A stretch of 57,579 nucleotides of DNA, filler included, from Sphacelaria rigidula (Eukaryota), in assembly GCA_964200075.2 (NCBI GenBank). It is 4 parts of 4 records of this genome, joined end to end, with 100 filler letters (N's around TTAATTAATTAA, not from the genome) between each part and the next. Parts side by side here need not be neighbours in the genome. Positions count along the whole stretch, not along the records: positions 43,263 to 57,579 come from CAXNAA020002319.1; 3 more parts are not named here. One strand, given 5' to 3'. Shown here in pieces: positions 49,629 through 57,579 of the stretch. A program made the translations under genes and the position numbers. Every line of letters begins with the position of its first letter. Position 1 is the first letter of the stretch. Below the pieces are notes generated by a model. It ran no database searches. It saw only the letters and a program-made list of their open reading frames with translations, and was not told the DNA's origin.

Positions 49629-51779
49629 GTTATGTTAGATTTTGTTGTCTACGATATTCGTGTCTTCTTCTAGGTGTGTGCTCTGTGCGGTCATGTACTC
49701 GCCTCTGTATCAGCGTCCCCGCGGTCATTGTAGTACGACAATACTCCAGAAATATTGATTTGGGTATGAGACATGTTTACACAAAACACTTTTGAGCATG
49801 ACACATACGTCGGGTGAAATAACTGGTTCAACTGGGACAAAACCGATCAGTCAACCAGTTGGACCAGTTAACTGTAACCGGTCGCTTAAACTGGCAGCCA
49901 GTTCACGACTCTATTTCAGCCCGTTGCTCAAAGCCCACCGCGGGTCCGTCAACGGGGCAAGTTAGCCATGAAGTCCGTCAACGGGGCAAGTTTCGAGGGG
50001 CCACTGCTTGCGATCTGTGCTGTGACGTCCCTCTTGCTCCATACTGATTCCTCCATCGATGATCAACGTATGCTATGCCAGTTGTCCCTCGTGATTGTGA
50101 TGGCCCCTCTTCCCACGACGGTTCCTTGTCTGGGCTCAAAGCAATTGATACCGTGAAGTATGACTGCTTCAACTTTTGCACTAGAACTGATGTTGAAAAA
50201 ACGTCATCAATTAGAAAAACAAGTCTGCATATCATTGAAATTGAACAAGCTCATTCCCTATCTTTCTTCGTTTTTCTTCCGCAATCTACGATACGAAGAG
50301 CTCGTAGCCATGTACATCAGGGATATCAATCAATCAGCCCTTATCGAGACGAAAACTCACGATATCAAAATATCAGATCAGGCCGAAATCTCAGTGCTTT
50401 TCATGTGTAGGATTTTCGGAGGTCGTACTCTGGTGTTAATCGTGTGAAAGATCGACAAAACATCACATACCGCATTGGGCAGTTTCGGACCTTTGACCCG
50501 TACGCGCCCCAATCATTCCACACGTGGTACAGCTCATGAGCTACCTGGGATAACTAATCGAAGATGATTCTCAGATCCATTGTACAAAAACACAAAACGC
50601 GTGACACCAGTGTCCGAGAAACCAAAGCGTCACCTACTCGCTACACCGCGTGCTCGCCGTCCATCGCTTTGTTTTTTTCTTCTTTTCCTCACACTTTAAA
50701 CCCCCCCCCTTCCTCGGAATGAGTCCGTGGTCTCAAGGGATCACCCCATCTCTCCCCCGGTACGTGCCTTTCATTTTGATCTCGCGGATTGGATCAGCAC
50801 TGCCGCACCGCGTCAACTCACGTCACACAAACCCAGTTGCAATTTCACAAAGTAAAGTTGGTTTCTGCTGCGGATAGAAATTCGAGTGAGAGGTTTTTTG
50901 CGACTCCGTTTTTGCGTCGTGATTCTTGCGATCGGATCCTTGCGATAGTTTTTTTGCTAGATTTTTCTAGTCTAAAGCCCTTATCGATTTCGTTTTTTAG
51001 GGGATAACTTCGTCAAATGAACACCAGAAGCATCCTGCTCCAAGGGGCACCTGAAGACACAGAAGTTGCCGCTGCCTACCTAGTATCATCCTCCAAATCG
51101 AAGTCTTGAGTGAGAAGCCCAGCCACGGCCCAGCGTTTCGTGCCCATGTACAAGGATGATGTACCTCATCATACTCAAAATCGAGGTGACTTCACCACTT
51201 GGTAGTTGACAGATATTTCTCGGAAATTTATGGTCTGCGCAGGTGCTGATGCATTTCACAGAACACTAAACCCAACCCTAACCCTAACCCCAACCCCAAC
51301 GAAGACATACCGAGAACCCTCGGGCACGGGGGGTGCGGCGTGTTCCCTAGGCGAAGTATGCCGGACCTCAAATCGGCGCTCCAGGCGCAACGCGTTCTGC
51401 GCACGCGAGCAGGGTAGTCCATCTGGATCACGCATACTTTTTTCAAGTGAATATTGATGCCGATCCAGCAGGTGACCTACCCTCGGGGTCAAAGGATCAA
51501 AGATCCGGATTGCGGTGTCTAGACTAAAATCCAATACTGCACCTGTCCGCAAGCCGTAATTTTTCGAGAACTATATTGAATTACCCAGTGGTGAAGTCTA
51601 CTGCTTGAGTTAGAACGACTGCCAGGGATATCAGGTCCCAAAGGAAATGCACTTGAAAAACAATTGAATATGCAGGATTTTTTCGAGCTAGGAGCACGCA
51701 TGGTTGCAAAGAGTGGGCTGTTGGGCTGTTCATGGGACAGACAGTTGGGATCCCATCACTAGCAGTAGCCACGCTGGGT

Positions 51780-51997
51780 TCAACGCCATCACCAGCAGTA
51801 CCCACGCGTGGGAGACACACTCCACGTGAACAGCTCCCACAGAGAGATGCGCACAGCTATATCTGCCAGAACCTTGCCGAGTGAGCAAGCATGGACCCAT
51901 CGGCGGGTAGTACGTACCAGCGCTGTCCAGCACAGTCGCTATCACTCGTGAGGTGCGTGGGTGTTGTCGCACGGTCGAAACGCGAACCGTTTACGAT

Positions 51998-52033
<36 letters not shown>

Positions 52034-52589
52034 CGGCACCGGCACCGGCTAATTCAGAACCACCCCTAACTGAGAATATTCACTGGTAATAAAGATGCTG
52101 CTGCTGCTGCTGCTGCTTATTCTTCTCGTGCGGGACGCGGTCCGCGTTTCGACGTGCGGCAATACCCATGCACCTGGTGTGTTATTTCCCCATCCCCACT
52201 TTAAATCGATTGTGATGTGTTTGCGTGTTGTTACCCTCATATTGTATCAGAATACTGCATCATTTCAGTACGAGTACGTATCACTTGTTCTCCCCCGTAT
52301 TGGACGCTGGCTTTATTCTTTCAACGTCATCACCAGCAGTAGCCACGCTTGCCAGACACACCTGATGTGCACAGCTCGCACAGAGAGATGCGCTCAGCTA
52401 TATCTCCTAGTACGTAGCCTGGTGAGGAAGCATTGACTTATGAGCGGGCAGTACGGACCAGCGCTCCCCGGCATGGTGGCTATCACGCACAAGGTGCGTG
52501 GGCGTTGTAGCACGATTGAAACGCGGACCGTCTCTCCCACGAGGAAAAATGGCAGCAGCAGCGGCAGCAGCGGCAGTAGCGGCGGCGGC

Positions 52590-52628
<39 letters not shown>

Positions 52629-52865
52629 GTCGGCATTGGCTGATTTAGACATTCAGACCCACCTCCAGCCGCCCACATCTACCGCCAGTGAAGATGCTGC
52701 TGATACTGCTGCTGTTGGTTCTTCTCAATCTCCTGCGGAAGGCGGTCCGCGTTTCGACCAGCGACAATACCCATACCCCCTTGCGCGTGGTTGCCGCCCT
52801 CCTTGAGGTCGCTGGTCTGCTCGCGTGCTGTTTTACCGTCTTTGTATCACTTGTTTCCCACCCTA
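51780..52865. repeat. Tandem duplication of a ~540-bp unit, each copy an inverted repeat with (CAG)n and (CTG)n arms
   Basis: tcaacgycatcaccagcagta at ~51780 and ~52321; cacagagagatgcgc in both copies; gaaacgcgraccg...cggtccgcgtttcgac inverted within each unit. Confidence 0.8.
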
Positions 52866-53990
52866 GCATACTCGATTAAAACGGCGCGTGATTTCTCGTG
52901 ATAATGAAGTTGTGAACCGTCACTTCACTATCACTATCACTATCACGAAATGGTTATCATTGAATTAAACTACACACGCAGAGAGCGTTATTTTCGAGCA
53001 GCACGCGCGCTAGCGTTTTCCGTGTTGTCGACATCGTGCCAGCGCGCTTGTGCACCAAGGCGCTGTACTTCCCTGTGCCAGCCCGTCACGTTAGTGCTGT
53101 TTCATCACGCCTTATTCGGAAACACCCAGAAGAGATGCCAGCGAGTCCACCGTTGTTACACTTGGATTGTGGTGAATCAGTTGTTTTTCGATAGAAACCC
53201 CACATGCTGCGTGTTGTACCAAATAGTATACACCGTGCCAGTTCAAAAACAGATACTGTATGCATTATATACGGTACCGACATGCTCTGGTTATCATGAA
53301 CTGTGTACGAGGCGCGGGCAGCTTAGATTTTGTCAAGGCATGCAAGGATGCAGCCATACTGCAGTACAGGCAGTATGAAACACGTGATTTGAACGAGGCA
53401 CAAGATGAAGCATATGCATTATGATAAGTACATGGGCGTTTTGGTACCGAAACGAGTTCACCAGTCCCTCCACTACCTACCGTACGAAGATGGCAAGGGT
53501 TGGACGAATCAATAATTCGTCCAGAAATCATTTGATTTTTAGTGTAATTGATTCGTACCGTACGAATCAATCCTTAGACTTTGTTTTCAGCGTTGCAACC
53601 CTGGTACGCGTAGCCCAGGCACGTGGAACGGCACAGAAGTTGCGTGGAGACCTGTTTGACCAGCGGTCGACCTTTTCCTCTCTTTCGGGCAATCAGGCCT
53701 AAGAAATCGAGGATTTGGTGATTCGAATCGGCGATGATTCGTCCGAACCGTAGAAGATAGATACCACGTGTAAATTACACAAGAAGTTACGGGCAGACCT
53801 TTTCACTTTAGAGTAGAAGGGCCCAGCCGAGACCACTCCGGTTTCACCGCCGAAATCCGGGACCGCAACGTCATATCACGATCACCGAATTAAATTGAAA
53901 TTGGAAGCGCCCTGGACACAGGGCAATCTCTCGACTACTTTCGTTTACTCACGTTCTCACGCTTTCCACGGTGGAAATCATACATCACGA

Positions 53991-54063
53991 ACGCATCGGG
54001 AATCGAACCCCCGTTCTCTCCACCCTAATGGCGACAGTCGGACCATTACACCACCGGGGCGCG
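53991..54063 (-). mobile_element. tRNA-derived SINE head or pseudo-tRNA
   Basis: Minus strand reads gcgccccggTGGTGTAATGG...GGTTCGATTCCcgatgcgt, with good Pol III A and B boxes but poor stem pairing. Confidence 0.55.
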
Positions 54064-54343
54064 TAGTCGGGAACTAATACGAAAATAGTGGTCAAGTGAG
54101 CTGGCTCATGATCCGGATCGGTACTCAAAAAAGAAGTAATATCCACTTAGCCCATGAGCTGTCCGACGTGTGAATGATTCACCATGTCCGCGCTCTCCGT
54201 TTTTGTTCGGTTGAATCATGTGATATATCGGCGCAACATAAAGTATCGCATCATACCAATTTTTGGAGTTTTGACACGTGTCTCCAACAAGGCACCACGT
54301 CCCCGCTCACCGTTTCTCGTGTGTCAATTCTGCGCGTACTCAC

Positions 54344-56980
54344 CATATTTTTTTTGTTTTGCGCGCGTACGCATTATCCCTAAACTCGTCAAAACGGCGG
54401 GCACCCCCGGGGGCGCCGCGGGGTGTGAGCAGCAACTTCCTGTGGGTGGGAGCGTTCTGCGTGTTCATTCTGTTCTGCGGATTATGCTCTTGCTGCGTAT
54501 TAACGCCGTTGATACGATGCTTCCGAGAGGCAAGGTCATCGTCCCGTTCATCATCATCGCCATCGTCGAGCGATATCAACAAGCCGAAGCGCCCGTCTGC
54601 CGTGTACCCTGAGCAGAAGCCAAAAGACACGTTTACGCCCGCCTACGCACCGAACGGCGATAGAAGCAGCAGGGGCAACAAGGACGGGAGCAGTGAAAAC
54701 AGGTTGTCGGCCAAACACGGCAAGGTAAAAAAAAAACGCTGAAGAAACGAAAGAAAACCGGGGTTATGCACGTTGCACGTTCGCGCTACATTCATCACGT
54801 CTGTGAAATTTAACACTCACGTTACGTTTCGTTTGGCACGTCAAAAAAATGTAACGTTACGTGAACGTTTCATTTAAAAATCTAACGATCACGTTACGTT
54901 ACGTTCATCGCGATGGAAAAAATTTGACGCTACTTTTCGTTACATGTAACGTAATATGAAGCGTTTCAATGTCACGTGTGACGTCTAATGTAACGCTTCA
55001 TTGACACGTGTAATCTTCGAATGTAACGCTTCATTCTGTGCATGTCGCGGCTCATTTACCGGTGTTGAAGGTGTTGTCACGTGTCATATACGCTTGACGT
55101 TACCGTGTACGTGATGCTGACGGTGGCCCGTCGCATATTTGAGCGTAGGCGCGTGATCTGATTGTGTAACGTTAGTTTCTGTACAATGTATCGTCCATTT
55201 GTTTTTGACCGTTATATTTTCATATATTCTCTTTTCTCTTCATTATTTTTTTCTTCCAATTCTCAATTTCCAATTTTCAAATGCTTGGTCATTCGCACGA
55301 CAGCACATACTGTACACACAGTAGATCGTGAACATGATTGAAAGCCGGGTATTGGACGTTACACGTGCATTGCACGTTACACGTTACATGAAACGCTGTA
55401 CGCACGTTACATGAAGCGGTGTACACTTCGAGGTTGCAATGAAATTTGAAACTCTAGAATATTGTGCTTCAATAGACGAGAGAGTTCGAATTACCATGGT
55501 ATAGGACATGTACTATTTCAGCAAGTTCGCGTGTTCCGCTCCACAGCACACATTACAAGTCGACGTTGCAGCACAGCATCATAACATCATAATTATCTTG
55601 ACCACATTCATAACATTAGAAGAGATCGGGTGTAACGTACCCATTCACGTCACATTCACGTGCAACAAGTACATGAGATGGATCCGGGGGGGGGGATCGG
55701 CGGGTCAATAACTAGTAGGGATGCCGCAGCCTCCAGCCACTCTCGGCCGTTGCCTGCACACGTACGTTACACACGGTCTCTTTTGTTGTTATGAATGTTG
55801 TCAAGATAATTATGATGCTATGATGCTGTGCTGCAACGTCGGCTTGTACTGTGTGCTGTGGCGCGGAGCGCGCGAAGTTGCTGAAATAGTATGTCCTATA
55901 CCATGGTCATTCAAACTCACTTATGCTTATTGAAGCACGATCTTCAAGGATTTCGAATTTCATTGCAAACTTGAAGTGTGCACCGCTTCATTCAACGTTT
56001 TCATGGCGTTTCGTGTAACGCGTAACATGTAATAGACGTTACATGTTCCATGAGACGTTTCATATTTCGTGTTGTGAATGTTTGGACAAGTTAGCGTTCA
56101 CGTTGCGTCTCGTGTGGCACGTTAGAGAAATTAACGTTACGTTAACGTTTCATCTGGAAATTTAACGTTCACGTAAAAACGCTTGGACAAGTAAGCGTTC
56201 ACGTTACGTCTCCCGTAGCACGTTAAAGAAATTTACGTTACGTTGTGTTCACGTGAATATTTTTTAACGTTCACATTACGTTTCGGTCAAAACGTTACGT
56301 GAACGTAACGTGTAACGTTGTGGAACGTGGAACGTGTATATCCCCGGAAAAAACGTGGAACACGCACACAAAAGATCAATATGAACGTAACGTGTAACGT
56401 TGTGGAACGTGGAACGTGTATATCCCCGGAAAAAACGTGGAACACGCACACGGAATCAATATACACGAAGGTTTGGTGTTGTTCGGCCAAACACGGCAAG
56501 GTGAAAAAAAAACGCTGAAAGACATGGACATGAACACGGAGAGTCAAGTACAAGAAAATTTTGATGTTGTTCTGCCAAACATGGCAAGCTATTACAAAAA
56601 GGAAAAAAAAAAACGCTGAAAAACATGGAATACGAATGCGCAGAGGTAACTACAAGAAAGGTTTGGTGCTGTCGATGTACCACAAGTAGTTTCGTGACCG
56701 GTAGGGTGTGTTTGTGAGCCGGAGAGGATAGCCACACGACAATAATAAACATGATCTGTACTTGCGCTTTTCAAGATTTTGCCATGCTTCAATATCCCCG
56801 GGACCGTCAGACCGGACCCTGAGTGCGCCGACAGGATACCCGTTAAGCCACTGGGGCGCGGCGATACAGTTATTTTAGATTTCGTATGATCGAGCAACTT
56901 GTCCGAAATGTAGTTGTACTCACTCTTTCGCTTTCCAATTTTTTCTGCACCAGGGCAAAAGACCATCGTCGTCGACGTCA
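54344..56980 (-). CDS. Possible exons of an unidentified gene (56980-56924 and 54608-54344)
   Basis: Segment 54608-54344 has acceptor ttctgctcag|, donor TG|gtgagt and an open frame (YTADGRFGLLISLDDGDDDERDDD...AYARKTKKIW). A phase-1 donor A|gtgagt at 56924 joins it in frame to MVFCPGAEKIGKRK. No family recognised and no downstream exon identified. Confidence 0.3.
54770..56460. repeat. ACGTTA/TAACGT-rich element with a central ~580-bp palindrome (arms 55411-55615 and 55787-55991)
   Basis: The arms pair over ~200 bp (ccatggtataggacat..tatttcagcaa / ttgctgaaatagtatgtcctataccatgg). Flanks are dense in cacgttac/gtaacgt, and an ~82-bp-period direct repeat occupies 56300-56451. Confidence 0.8.
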
Positions 56981-57414
56981 CTGCAGCGACACTGGTACCT
57001 TACGGACACGCTCAGGATATCAGAGGAAGATCGAATGGAGCTGGGGCCATCGATGTGGGGTTCAGCGAGGCTATCTCGACCGTCTTCCAGATCGTACCGG
57101 GGGTACGATCTACGCGGCACCCGTGTGCCGTCAAGGCATGCTCGTGGGAATCGCGCAGTCGTGGAAGATCCCGGCGTAGGCGCGGAGGCCACCGCGAGGG
57201 GGGGGGGCTGGATGGGTGCGGCGAACGGCCGATTCTAGGCGCTGAAAAGGGTTGGGAACGAGCGTGAGTGCTGATCACACTATACGCTAATGAAAGCCTC
57301 GCTCGAGCGTAGGCTGTATCCTCGTGCTATAGCTGTTGAGTTCAGGTATGTAGAGCTGTACATGTTGGATGAAGCGCGTTGCTCGTCGCGGAGAGAGGGT
57401 GCTTGCTCTCTCAT

Positions 57415-57579
57415 GGGGGGGTGTACTCATGATCTTGCATGCTGTAGTCGTGTGGTCATTGAGCTACAAAGCCGAGACGGAGCACGCCGGGTTGTCGCCA
57501 GGGGAGAGGTGTACTCATGATCATGCATGCCATAGTCATTAGACCATTGACCTCGCATCCATACAAAGCCGGGACGGAG
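57415..57579 (-). repeat. Same satellite family, array running off the window end
   Basis: ggtgtactcatgatcttgcatgc and ggtgtactcatgatcatgcatgccatagtca..cattgacctc, about 90 bp apart. Confidence 0.75.

Noticed and set aside
51268-51300. Telomere-like CCCTAA repeats (also 767-781, 6071-6087, 27368-27390)
   Set aside because: Only 2-5 degenerate units at interstitial positions, so not a telomere.
52394-52806. Poly-Ala/Ser/Leu ORFs
   Set aside because: By-products of the CAG/CTG tracts in a duplicated hairpin unit.
53991-54063. Functional tRNA gene
   Set aside because: A and B boxes are present, but the acceptor, D and anticodon stems do not pair properly.

Overview
This is eukaryotic genomic DNA (~50% GC) with long introns and a dense repeat content. 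Gene structure and repeat style suggest a brown alga (Phaeophyceae, Ectocarpus-like), which is an inference. The window contains three artificial 100-nt contig joins (N..TTAATTAATTAA..N) and two 10-N gaps. Three spliced genes can be rebuilt by hand with phase-consistent junctions: (1) + strand, a 5'-truncated J-domain co-chaperone with a long Q/P-rich middle and a DNAJB6-like S/T-rich tail, probably using one GC-AG intron; (2) - strand, an AA15-like lytic polysaccharide monooxygenase (LPMO) fused through a P/T/E/D linker to two CBM1 cellulose-binding modules, whose first exon was not found; (3) - strand, a complete 7-exon TBC1D22/Gyp1-type Rab GAP. The rest is mostly repeat-derived: a ~6 kb mosaic of kb-scale foldbacks, many hairpin MITE-like elements (some nested), tRNA-derived SINE heads, relics of an RTE LINE and an LTR protease, and several satellites. 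The LPMO-CBM1x2 gene is the most biologically interesting item. No CRISPR array, rRNA or intact tRNA was seen.
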